Position numbers and translations under genes: made by a program. 33,758 nt of DNA. It comes from Bacteroidota bacterium (lineage in GTDB: Bacteria; Bacteroidota; Bacteroidia; NS11-12g; UBA955). The number at the start of each line of letters is the position of its first letter. Position 1 is the stretch's first letter. The notes beneath the pieces are model-generated. The model made no database searches and was not told where the DNA came from. It saw only the letters and a program-made list of their open reading frames with translations. Location of the stretch: positions 1 to 33,758 of the forward strand of contig JBANFU010000065.1 of NCBI GenBank assembly GCA_037975865.1, in the 5' to 3' direction. Positions 25,726-33,406 of this stretch are shown piece after piece.

Positions 25726-26055
25726 TTAATGTCCTATTATACCACTCTGATCCGGAATCGTTACCAACAAATCACCCTCTTCCGATAACTTGCACTGACA
25801 AGCCAACCTGCTGTTGTACTTTGGATTGCGAGCCCGGTCTACATACTCCTCCTCGCGATCACTCATGTCGGGCAACAAATCCTCCCCGCGCTCCACGTAA
25901 ACGTGACAGGTAGAACACCCACACACCCCACCACAGTTGTGATTCAAATGTATGTCGTTGTCCAATGCCACCTCCAAAATCGACTCGCCCTCAAAAATCT
26001 CAACCGTAACATCGTTGCGGTTTTTTTCTTCAAACTGAAAGGTAATCTTTGCCAT
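25726..26055 (-). CDS. fdx: ISC/adrenodoxin-type [2Fe-2S] ferredoxin
   Basis: Trimmed to the ATG at 26055 (MAKITFQFEE...). Cys ligands lie in NCGGVCGCSTCHV and RLACQC. A promoter box sits 8 nt upstream of this ATG. The track's longer model would overlap the nusB promoter and start. Confidence 0.88.
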   Translation of the reverse strand: MAKITFQFEEKNRNDVTVEIFEGESILEVALDNDIHLNHNCGGVCGCSTCHVYVERGEDLLPDMSDREEEYVDRARNPKYNSRLACQCKLSEEGDLLVTIPDQSGIIGH

Positions 26056-26063
26056 ATGCGCTG

Positions 26064-26071
26064 CAAAATTA
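26064..26071 (-). promoter_or_regulatory. -7 promoter box TAATTTTG, 8 nt upstream of the fdx ATG
   Basis: Plus strand reads caaaatta at 26064..26071, inside the 91-bp divergent fdx/nusB intergenic region. Confidence 0.45.
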
Positions 26072-26126
26072 ACACTTCCCATTGGGTTTGGTTCAGGATT
26101 TTGTGGAAATAATCTGGGGATTTTCG

Positions 26127-26134
26127 TATCTTTG
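26127..26134 (+). promoter_or_regulatory. -7 promoter box TATCTTTG, 12 nt upstream of the nusB ATG at 26147
   Basis: Exact TAnnTTTG match on the plus strand. A TTTG at 26100..26103 could be the -33 element. The track's TTG start at 26132 lies inside this box. Confidence 0.45.
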
Positions 26135-26146
26135 CACCCTCGTTCT

Positions 26147-27130
26147 ATGATATCTCGAAGACTCGTTCGCATCAAAGCCCTTCAGTCGCTATACTCCTTT
26201 CAACAAGGAGAGTCCATGTCCGACTTCCAATGGCCAACCCTTACACCCAAGCAAAAGACCTACTTCGATGATACCCTCGCTCATCTCATAGAATCCATTC
26301 AACAAAGCCACGATTTCTATCTGTTTTTGCTGGATTTCCCCTACCAACTTTCCCAGTATCTGCTCGAAGAACAAGCCCTCGAAAAAGCCAAGTTCTACCC
26401 CGACCAGACAAAAATTCGTCGACTCGGACTGCTCGATCGCATGCCCCTCATCAAATACCTGCATCGCGCCGTCACCGATAGCCAACGCAAATCCTTTGCC
26501 TTCGACTGGGCCAACCTCTCCGCCCAATTTGATACCTTCTACCAATGGATGCAAGAGTGGGACTTCGTTACCGATATCGACTTCTTTGAACAACCCACCT
26601 TTGAACAACAACAAGCCTTCCTGGAGGCCTTCTTTGCCAACCTATTCGAAACCAAAGAATCCTTCTTCGATACCCTCAACGATTACTACCCCGGTTGGAG
26701 CGATGACGAACTATACACCACGCGCGAAATAGAAAAAACCATTCAAGGCGCCCTGTCCAATGGTGTAGTGCCCGTGGCCAGCTCACCCGCCCCCAACTCC
26801 GAAGAAGTAGAACTGGCCCAACAACTGTTCATCACCACCGCAAAAAATAGCCTTGCCTACGAAGCACAAGTTTCGGAAATCTCCGACAACTGGGACCCTT
26901 CGCGCATCGCCGTCATGGACCTACTCATCATCAAACTCACCCTCACAGAGTTTCTGCATTGTCCAACCATTCCGGTGAAAGTGACCATCAACGAGTACCT
27001 CGAAATTACCAAAAATTACAGCACCCCCAATAGCTCGCGCTTCGTCAATGGCGTGCTCGACAAACTTCGCATCGTGATGGAAGATCAAGGCATGATCTCC
27101 AAAAGTGGACGCGGTCTGCGCGACAAATAA
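26147..27130 (+). CDS. nusB: Transcription antitermination factor NusB (long Bacteroidota form)
   Basis: 327 aa from MISRRLVRIKALQSLYSF. The C-terminal NusB core is RIAVMDLLIIKLTLTEFLHCPTIPVKVTINEYLEITKNYSTPNSSRFVNGVLDKL. Confidence 0.85.
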   Translation: MISRRLVRIKALQSLYSFQQGESMSDFQWPTLTPKQKTYFDDTLAHLIESIQQSHDFYLFLLDFPYQLSQYLLEEQALEKAKFYPDQTKIRRLGLLDRMPLIKYLHRAVTDSQRKSFAFDWANLSAQFDTFYQWMQEWDFVTDIDFFEQPTFEQQQAFLEAFFANLFETKESFFDTLNDYYPGWSDDELYTTREIEKTIQGALSNGVVPVASSPAPNSEEVELAQQLFITTAKNSLAYEAQVSEISDNWDPSRIAVMDLLIIKLTLTEFLHCPTIPVKVTINEYLEITKNYSTPNSSRFVNGVLDKLRIVMEDQGMISKSGRGLRDK

Positions 27131-27135
27131 ACTTC

Positions 27136-27741
27136 CTATTTCGCCATCAGCTGCAATTGCTGATGTGTTGCCAACACCTGCTCAATGAGCGAAGCACTGC
27201 CATCGTTGTAAATCAAAAAATCACAACGCTCCCTCCACTTTTCTTGTGGCCACTGCGCCTGTACCCTGCGCATAAAAGCCCCCTCATCCAAACCGTCTCG
27301 CTCCTTCACCCGATGTGCGCGAATTTCCAATGAAGCCAACACCCCCACCACCTTGTCCACCGTTGCATCCGCACCCGATTCAAACAATATCGCCGCCTCC
27401 TTGATTACGTACAAGTGACCTTCCCGCTGCCTTTCGCGCTTCCACACCTCAAAATCTTCAAATACAATAGGATGTACAAGCGCATTCAATTGCTCCATCA
27501 ATTCAGCATTTTCGAAAACTTTCGCGCGCACCACGGACGCATCAAACACGCCCGATGTCGTATATACCCCCTCCCCAAACAGTGCCATCAAGCCCTGCTT
27601 CAAACCCTCGTGGGAATTGTACAGTGATTTTACCGCCGCGTCTGCCTCGTATACTGGTACACCCAACCAGCGAAAAATTGTACAAACGGTGCTCTTACCG
27701 CTGCCAATGTTACCAGTGACCCCGACCGACAGCAAAGCCAA
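27136..27741 (-). CDS. coaE: Dephospho-CoA kinase
   Basis: 201 aa. P-loop VGVTGNIGSGKSTV. The only in-frame starts are TTG codons at 27741 and 27735. Its stop is 5 nt from the nusB stop in convergent orientation. Confidence 0.88.
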   Translation of the reverse strand: MALLSVGVTGNIGSGKSTVCTIFRWLGVPVYEADAAVKSLYNSHEGLKQGLMALFGEGVYTTSGVFDASVVRAKVFENAELMEQLNALVHPIVFEDFEVWKRERQREGHLYVIKEAAILFESGADATVDKVVGVLASLEIRAHRVKERDGLDEGAFMRRVQAQWPQEKWRERCDFLIYNDGSASLIEQVLATHQQLQLMAK

Positions 27742-27747
27742 TAAACC

Positions 27748-28056
27748 TTAAGATGCTGCCTGAGGATACGCCGCCTGCGTCAACTCCATACTCACCGCCG
27801 ATTTTTCAATCTTGGCCTTTCCCTCCTCCATTTCGATCACAAAATGACCCTCGGTTACCGAAGTGATCTTGCCATGAATACCACCGGTAGTCACAATCTT
27901 GTCGCCCTTCACCAACGATTCCATATAGGCCTTCGCCTTTTTTTGCTTGCGCATCTGTGGCCAAATCATGAAAACGAAAAATACGCCCATGATGAGCACC
28001 ATCATCACCATTTGTGATCCGCCGCCAGCGCCTGGTTGTCCTTGTAATAATATCAT
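27748..28056 (-). CDS. yajC: Preprotein translocase subunit YajC
   Basis: 102 aa. A single TM helix followed by MIWPQMRKQKKAKAYMESLVKGDKIVTTGGIHGKITSV. Confidence 0.9.
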   Translation of the reverse strand: MILLQGQPGAGGGSQMVMMVLIMGVFFVFMIWPQMRKQKKAKAYMESLVKGDKIVTTGGIHGKITSVTEGHFVIEMEEGKAKIEKSAVSMELTQAAYPQAAS

Positions 28057-28065
28057 AATCTTCTT

Positions 28066-28581
28066 TTAATGTCCGTGTTCATCGCCACCCATCATTTCCT
28101 CCTCAGACACACTGCCTTCTGGAGCAATCACGTTGGCCTTAAATTTCAATACCACCTCAGCTGTTTTGCTGTTTTCAAACGTCACTGTAATGCTCTTCTC
28201 ATTCAAAATACCCCCTGGGCCGCCACGATTAGAACTGTTGAACGTAGCCGTCACCTTGCCGGTTTCACCCGGGGCAACAACCTCATGCGTGTATTCCGGG
28301 GTAGTACATCCACACTGCGCAACCACATTGGCTATGCTGATGGGCGCCTCACCCGTGTTTTTGAAGGAATAGGTATGCTGCACACTCTCCCCATCTTTTA
28401 CATCACCAAACATGAACACCGTGTCCTTGAATACCACATCTCCCCAAGGGCCCTTGTGGACATTCTTCGGAGATTCCGCCGTAGCCGTGTTCTCCTCGAT
28501 GTCATCCGTGTCAAATGATCCAGAACCGCAGGCATTCATCAAAGCCGCCACCGGTAAAATCAACATCCAAAGTTTACGCAT
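28066..28581 (-). CDS. DUF1573-domain lipoprotein
   Basis: 171 aa with a lipobox (LMNAC). F.FGDVKDGESVQHTYSFKNTGEAPISIANVVAQCGCTTPEY...PGETGKVTATF is the DUF1573 signature. Confidence 0.85.
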   Translation of the reverse strand: MRKLWMLILPVAALMNACGSGSFDTDDIEENTATAESPKNVHKGPWGDVVFKDTVFMFGDVKDGESVQHTYSFKNTGEAPISIANVVAQCGCTTPEYTHEVVAPGETGKVTATFNSSNRGGPGGILNEKSITVTFENSKTAEVVLKFKANVIAPEGSVSEEEMMGGDEHGH

Positions 28582-28585
28582 AGGT

Positions 28586-28593
28586 CAAATTTA
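28586..28593 (-). promoter_or_regulatory. -7 promoter box TAAATTTG, 4 nt upstream of the DUF1573 ATG
   Basis: Plus strand reads caaattta at 28586..28593, within the 16-nt gap after the crotonase stop. Confidence 0.48.
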
Positions 28594-28597
28594 TCAT

Positions 28598-29374
28598 TTA
28601 TGCCCGAAAGTTGGGCTTTCTTTTGTTTAAAAACGCGTCCGTACCCTCCTTAAAATCCGCCGTCTCAAATGCTTCACCAAATTCATAAATCTCACGCTGC
28701 ATTCCGTTTACATTGGGACGGAAATAATCGTTCACGCACTTGATGACCTTGTTTACCGCACTCGGACTTTTACCGCAAATTTTCTTCAACATCGCCTTGG
28801 CCTCGTTCATCAACTCCGATTGCTCAACCACGCGATTCGCCAATCCATAGGTTAACGCCGTTTGGGCATCAATGGCATCGCCCGTTAACAACAACTCCAT
28901 CGCTTTGCCCTTGCCAATCAATTGCACCAATCGCTGCGTACCGCCATATCCAGGAGGTACTCCCAAATTGACTTCGGGCTGACCAAATTTCGCATTGGTA
29001 CTCGCCACACGCAAATGACAAGCCATCGCCAACTCGCAGCCACCGCCCAAAGCAAAACCATTCACCGCCGCAATCACAATCTTGTTGCCATTCTCTATGG
29101 AATTCATCACGTCATGACCATCTGCACTCATCCGCGTGGCCTGCTCCGTGTTAAAATGAGCAAACTCCGAAATGTCTGCACCCGCCGCAAAAGCCTTATC
29201 ACCCATCCCAGTCAAAATCATTCCATGTACCTCGTCGTTCGCCTGCGCCTCATCCACCGCCTCCTTAATCTCCTTCAACGTCTCAATGGTTAACGCGTTC
29301 AACTTGCTCTCCCGGTTGATTGAAATCACCAAGATATTGTCCTCTAATGCTGTTAAAATATTGTTATATGCCAT
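28598..29374 (-). CDS. Enoyl-CoA hydratase/isomerase (crotonase family)
   Basis: 258 aa. KAFAAGADISEF and AAVNGFALGGGCELAMACHLRVAS...FGQPEVNLGVPPGYGGTQRL. Confidence 0.9.
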   Translation of the reverse strand: MAYNNILTALEDNILVISINRESKLNALTIETLKEIKEAVDEAQANDEVHGMILTGMGDKAFAAGADISEFAHFNTEQATRMSADGHDVMNSIENGNKIVIAAVNGFALGGGCELAMACHLRVASTNAKFGQPEVNLGVPPGYGGTQRLVQLIGKGKAMELLLTGDAIDAQTALTYGLANRVVEQSELMNEAKAMLKKICGKSPSAVNKVIKCVNDYFRPNVNGMQREIYEFGEAFETADFKEGTDAFLNKRKPNFRA

Positions 29375-29383
29375 GTTGTGGTC

Positions 29384-29800
29384 TTATGCACGATGGGTTT
29401 CTACCCAGTTTTCTATGTACGATGCGATATCTCCCGTGCTCGTTCCCGGAGGAAATAACTGAGCCACGCCTATCTGATTCAACGACTCAACATCCCCGTC
29501 AGGAATAATGCCACCGCCTGTCAGCAATACATCATCCATCCCCTTCTCCTTCATCAAAGCCAATATTCTGGGAAATACCGTGTTGTGTGCGCCCGACAAT
29601 ATACTCACGCCGATGGCGTCAACATCCTCCTGCAACGCCGTTTGCACCACCATTTCCGGGGTCTGTCTCAGACCCGTATAAATGACCTCCATCCCCGCAT
29701 CACGCAAAGCCGTAGCGATGACCTTAGCACCGCGGTCGTGACCGTCCAAACCCACCTTGGCGATGAGTACACGTACAGGTCTATTCAGTTTATTACCCAT
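29384..29800 (-). CDS. Stand-alone cobalamin (B12)-binding domain protein, acyl-CoA mutase small-subunit type
   Basis: 138 aa. [34 protein letters not shown] carries the DxHxxG motif and is followed by GVSILSGAH...LLTGGGIIP. Confidence 0.88.
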   Translation of the reverse strand: MGNKLNRPVRVLIAKVGLDGHDRGAKVIATALRDAGMEVIYTGLRQTPEMVVQTALQEDVDAIGVSILSGAHNTVFPRILALMKEKGMDDVLLTGGGIIPDGDVESLNQIGVAQLFPPGTSTGDIASYIENWVETHRA

Positions 29801-29811
29801 GGTTTCTGTAG

Positions 29812-29819
29812 CAAAAATA
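29812..29819 (-). promoter_or_regulatory. -7 promoter box TATTTTTG, 11 nt upstream of the B12-domain gene ATG
   Basis: Plus strand reads caaaaata at 29812..29819. Confidence 0.4.
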
Positions 29820-29824
29820 CTAAT

Positions 29825-30547
29825 TCAACTCGGTATGGCCACCAACACCCCATTTTCATACCGCACCGCCTTGTTGGATGTGTTGCATTTTAAACAAACA
29901 TCCAAGTCCGATTCCGCATGCATCGACTGAAAACGCTGCACGTGACTTGCCTCAGACAAAAAGCCGTGTAAATCACCCTCAGCCGAAGCCCACAAACTCA
30001 TGGCGGCCCTACTGGCATCATCCGCAACCGCCCATCCGCGATCCACCAACTGACGCGCCACCGCCCCCGCAAACAACGTATCCTCCAAATTCACGTGGCC
30101 CTTCCAACCCGCACAAAACAAAAAAACATCCTTTCCGGTAGCGAAAATGGACTCCACCAGCGCCGCCATATTCAAAAAACCACCCACCCAAATTTCGGAG
30201 GCCGCCAAACTCAGCGACAAAGCCTGTGTTCCATTGGTTGTTGTGATCACCAACGTCTCCCCCTTCACCCTGTCCGATGTAAACTCTTGCGGAGAATTGC
30301 CAAATTCAAAACCCTCCACCTTGTAACCGTTTCTCTCACCCGCAATCAACCACAACGGATTGGCCTCTTTCAAACGCATGGCCTCATCCACCCCCGCCAC
30401 CGGCCTCACCGATTTTGCCCCATTCTCCAACATCACCACCATGCTGGTGGTCGCCCGCAAAATGTCAATGATCAACACCTGCTTTCCCTCCACCTCTTTT
30501 TCAAACAAGGAAAACAATTGCGGACTCAATATCGTATGTATTTTCAT
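29825..30547 (-). CDS. 2-phosphosulfolactate phosphatase (ComB) family protein
   Basis: 240 aa. VLIIDILRATTSMVVMLENGA...ITTTNGT... matches my recollection of ComB-family sequences. Confidence 0.72.
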   Translation of the reverse strand: MKIHTILSPQLFSLFEKEVEGKQVLIIDILRATTSMVVMLENGAKSVRPVAGVDEAMRLKEANPLWLIAGERNGYKVEGFEFGNSPQEFTSDRVKGETLVITTTNGTQALSLSLAASEIWVGGFLNMAALVESIFATGKDVFLFCAGWKGHVNLEDTLFAGAVARQLVDRGWAVADDASRAAMSLWASAEGDLHGFLSEASHVQRFQSMHAESDLDVCLKCNTSNKAVRYENGVLVAIPS

Positions 30548-30550
30548 GGC

Positions 30551-31111
30551 TTATGTATTGGTGTAATTCATGGCGAATCCCGCCCCCAAGGTACAATATT
30601 GCAAGGTGCCCTCTACCGCACGAACAATGGCCTCATCAATGGCCTCACGCTCCTCTGCCGAAAACTTGCCCAACACAAAATCCACCTGTCGGCCTTGCGA
30701 AAAATCACTGCCTATCCCAAATCGCAGTCGTGCGTAATTGGTTGTGCTCAAACTAGCCTGCACACTTTTCAAACCGTTATGACCACCATCGCTCCCCTTC
30801 GATTTCAATCGCAGCTTGGCCACCGGTAACGCCAAATCGTCTGTGATGATGACCACATTCTCCAACTTGATTTTCTCCACTTGCATCCAATAAGACACCG
30901 CCTTTCCGCTCAAATTCATGTACGTATTGGGCTTCAACAACAACAACTTTCTTCCCTTGTGCGATACCTCGCAAAGACTTCCGTGCTTCACCGACTTCCA
31001 TTCTCCCCCTAGCTTCTTTCCCAGCGATTCTACCACCTCAAATCCAATGTTGTGGCGCGTACCGTCGTACTCCTCGCCGATGTTCCCCAATCCAACAATC
31101 AAATATTTCAC
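30551..31111 (-). CDS. pth: Peptidyl-tRNA hydrolase
   Basis: 186 aa with a GTG start. KYLIVGLGNIGEEYDGTRHNIGF...MNLSG...DDLALPVAKLRLKSKGSDGGHNGLKS. Confidence 0.92.
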   Translation of the reverse strand: MKYLIVGLGNIGEEYDGTRHNIGFEVVESLGKKLGGEWKSVKHGSLCEVSHKGRKLLLLKPNTYMNLSGKAVSYWMQVEKIKLENVVIITDDLALPVAKLRLKSKGSDGGHNGLKSVQASLSTTNYARLRFGIGSDFSQGRQVDFVLGKFSAEEREAIDEAIVRAVEGTLQYCTLGAGFAMNYTNT

Positions 31112-31123
31112 CTTAGTTTCAAA

Positions 31124-32473
31124 TTAATTGGTTCCTACCAGGCGCTCTCCGCTCATCTTTCCCGCACGATAGGCCGGAAAAACAGCACTCAGCACCCCCA
31201 AAACACTATTCAACAACAAAATTAAAAACAAATCACTCATCCGTAACTCCACGGGATAAGGAATAGAAAATGTGCCCTGCGTGCTCACCCAATGCGTATT
31301 GATCTGCAACACCACCAAACCCACACCCAACAACAACCCAACCACCGTGCCCCAGACACTCACCCAAACGCCCTCCCAAAAAACCACCCAAGAAATGGAG
31401 CGCTGCTCCATCCCCAAATTGCGAAACAAAACAAAATCCTTTCGCTTATCTATCACCAACAATGTCAATGCCCCAACCAAATTGAAGGAGATCAACAACA
31501 ACACGAACGACAAAATAGCAAACGAAATCCACTTCTCCGTGTTGAACATCTTGTACATCAATGGGTGCTGCTCCTGTTGGTTTTTTACCACCCAATCTAC
31601 CTTTGCCCGACCCGACATCCATCGCTCAACTTCCCTTTTTACGTCGGCCACTTTCCCCGCATTCCCCCGAATGGATTCATCCAAACGCAACTCCAACTGC
31701 GTAACGCCTTGTTCTGAAGCACCAAAAATTCGCTGCGCCTGCTTCAACCCAATCATCACCGTTTGCGTGTTCTGATCTTCCGGTAAAGAAACAATCGCCG
31801 AAGGGATAAACTCCTCCATCCCAAACGCATCCAAATCATGAATCCCCGCATCCTTGTTTATCACCATCAACGTAATCGGCTGCTCAATCTTTCCAACTCC
31901 CAACTTGTAAACCAAGCCCTCACTCAAAACAGCCATATCCGAAATTAAATTGGGGTTCGCCGCAATGCGCTCGTCTACAAATCGCGCTACCCCAGCACTC
32001 GACAAAGAATCCAAGGTGATTCGCTTTTTGAAGGCTTCGTCTACCCCCCACACCTGACATACCGTTTGTTGATCGCCGTATTTTAGCACAGCCTTGCCCA
32101 CCAACACCCGCGACACCACCGCTACCCCCTTCAATTTCTTCAACCCATTCACGATTCCCCCGCCGGCCTCTGCTCCGCCATCGGCCAATTCCACCACCAC
32201 ACCCTTTCTGGGCGTTATCAGTAAATCAGGATCCGTTTTCTTGTACGCCGAAAAAATGCTGGTCTCAAACCCATTTAATGCGCTCATCAAAACCACCAAC
32301 GCCATCGCCCCCATCGAATACCCCAACAAAGAAATACCCGTGATCAAATTCACCACCGTGGGATTTGCCTTCGAAAAGAAATACCGCCTCGATATATTGA
32401 AAGAAAGTTTGATAAACCGCGTTATTGATGCCCCACAAAAATAGGCCCTCCAACCTAGAACTTTGTCAATCAA
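31124..32473 (-). CDS. FtsX-like ABC transporter permease (LolC/E-like)
   Basis: 449 aa as modelled from the TTG at 32473. KLSFNISRRYFFSK is the family-typical N-terminus. Four TM segments and a large periplasmic loop are present, with the FtsX domain at the C-terminus. The start codon is uncertain (see findings). Confidence 0.82.
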   Translation of the reverse strand: MIDKVLGWRAYFCGASITRFIKLSFNISRRYFFSKANPTVVNLITGISLLGYSMGAMALVVLMSALNGFETSIFSAYKKTDPDLLITPRKGVVVELADGGAEAGGGIVNGLKKLKGVAVVSRVLVGKAVLKYGDQQTVCQVWGVDEAFKKRITLDSLSSAGVARFVDERIAANPNLISDMAVLSEGLVYKLGVGKIEQPITLMVINKDAGIHDLDAFGMEEFIPSAIVSLPEDQNTQTVMIGLKQAQRIFGASEQGVTQLELRLDESIRGNAGKVADVKREVERWMSGRAKVDWVVKNQQEQHPLMYKMFNTEKWISFAILSFVLLLISFNLVGALTLLVIDKRKDFVLFRNLGMEQRSISWVVFWEGVWVSVWGTVVGLLLGVGLVVLQINTHWVSTQGTFSIPYPVELRMSDLFLILLLNSVLGVLSAVFPAYRAGKMSGERLVGTN

Positions 32474-32535
32474 TGGGTTTTCAACTCACAATCCAACCTT
32501 CCCTTGGAAGATGGAGTGCACCCAAAGAACTTCCA

Positions 32536-32889
32536 TTAGTCTTTCGGCGTGTTGAGGGATTTTAATAAATCTTCCATTTTCGACACATATTCCAACGTGT
32601 CGTCTTCGTAAAAATGAACCTCCGGCATTTTCTTCACACTGTTGCGCAACCGCTGTGCCAAGGCGTGACGAATTTCCTTGTTCAACGAGTCCAATTGCGC
32701 CATGATGGCCGCCCGATTGGGATTGTTATACAACGACAAATACACCTTCACGTGACCCAAATCTGGACTCACATTCACATTGCTGATCGTAACAAACGCA
32801 CCGCCCAACCAATCATTTTTCTTGATGTTGAACAATTCGCTTAAGTCGCGCTGTACCTGTTTGCTAAACTTGTCTTGTCTGAGTCCCAT
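32536..32889 (-). CDS. rbfA: Ribosome-binding factor A
   Basis: Trimmed to the ATG at 32889 (MGLRQDKFSKQVQRDLSELF...VTISNVNVSPDLGHVKVYLS...LRNSVKKMPEVHFYEDD). A promoter box lies 4 nt upstream. Confidence 0.88.
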   Translation of the reverse strand: MGLRQDKFSKQVQRDLSELFNIKKNDWLGGAFVTISNVNVSPDLGHVKVYLSLYNNPNRAAIMAQLDSLNKEIRHALAQRLRNSVKKMPEVHFYEDDTLEYVSKMEDLLKSLNTPKD

Positions 32890-32893
32890 AGTA

Positions 32894-32901
32894 CAAAGAT
32901 A
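32894..32901 (-). promoter_or_regulatory. -7 promoter box TATCTTTG, 4 nt upstream of the rbfA ATG
   Basis: Plus strand reads caaagata at 32894..32901. Confidence 0.5.
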
Positions 32902-32910
32902 CAACCGACT

Positions 32911-33336
32911 TTACGACATCAATGCACGAACAGCCAAGTCGTATCCGGTAAGTCCCAACCCGCAAATCAAACCCCTGGCCGAGGACACCATCAAATCAGT
33001 CTTTCTCTCCGCCTCCCGGGCAAACACATTGGAAATATGTACCAAAATCACCGGTGTTGAAATCGCTTTCAACGTATCCGCTATAGCAATGCTGGTGTGC
33101 GAATACGCAGCCGCGTTCAACACAATTCCGTCGCAATCTCCTTCCAAAGCCAACCGTTGCAACTCGTTGATGATTTCGCCTTCGATGTTGCTTTGAAACA
33201 CCGACAATCGAACACCCGTCCACCGCAATTGTAAACCCGCAAAGTAATCGTCGAACGATTGCCCGCCATATATTTCTGGTTCACGCATACCCAACAAATT
33301 CAAATTGGGTCCGTTTACAATCGCAATGTGCTTCAT
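32911..33336 (-). CDS. aroQ: Type II 3-dehydroquinate dehydratase
   Basis: Trimmed to the ATG at 33336 (MKHIAIVNGPNLNLLGMREPEIYG...NAAAYSHTSIAI...HISNVFAREAERK). Confidence 0.92.
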   Translation of the reverse strand: MKHIAIVNGPNLNLLGMREPEIYGGQSFDDYFAGLQLRWTGVRLSVFQSNIEGEIINELQRLALEGDCDGIVLNAAAYSHTSIAIADTLKAISTPVILVHISNVFAREAERKTDLMVSSARGLICGLGLTGYDLAVRALMS

Positions 33337-33340
33337 ACCA

Positions 33341-33348
33341 CAAAGGTA
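33341..33348 (-). promoter_or_regulatory. -7 promoter box TACCTTTG, 4 nt upstream of the aroQ ATG
   Basis: Plus strand reads caaaggta at 33341..33348. Confidence 0.48.
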
Positions 33349-33406
33349 CGTACGCAAAAGATTTTTATCAGACTTCGCTCCGAATTCAGGTATTTTGCAT
33401 TGGAAA

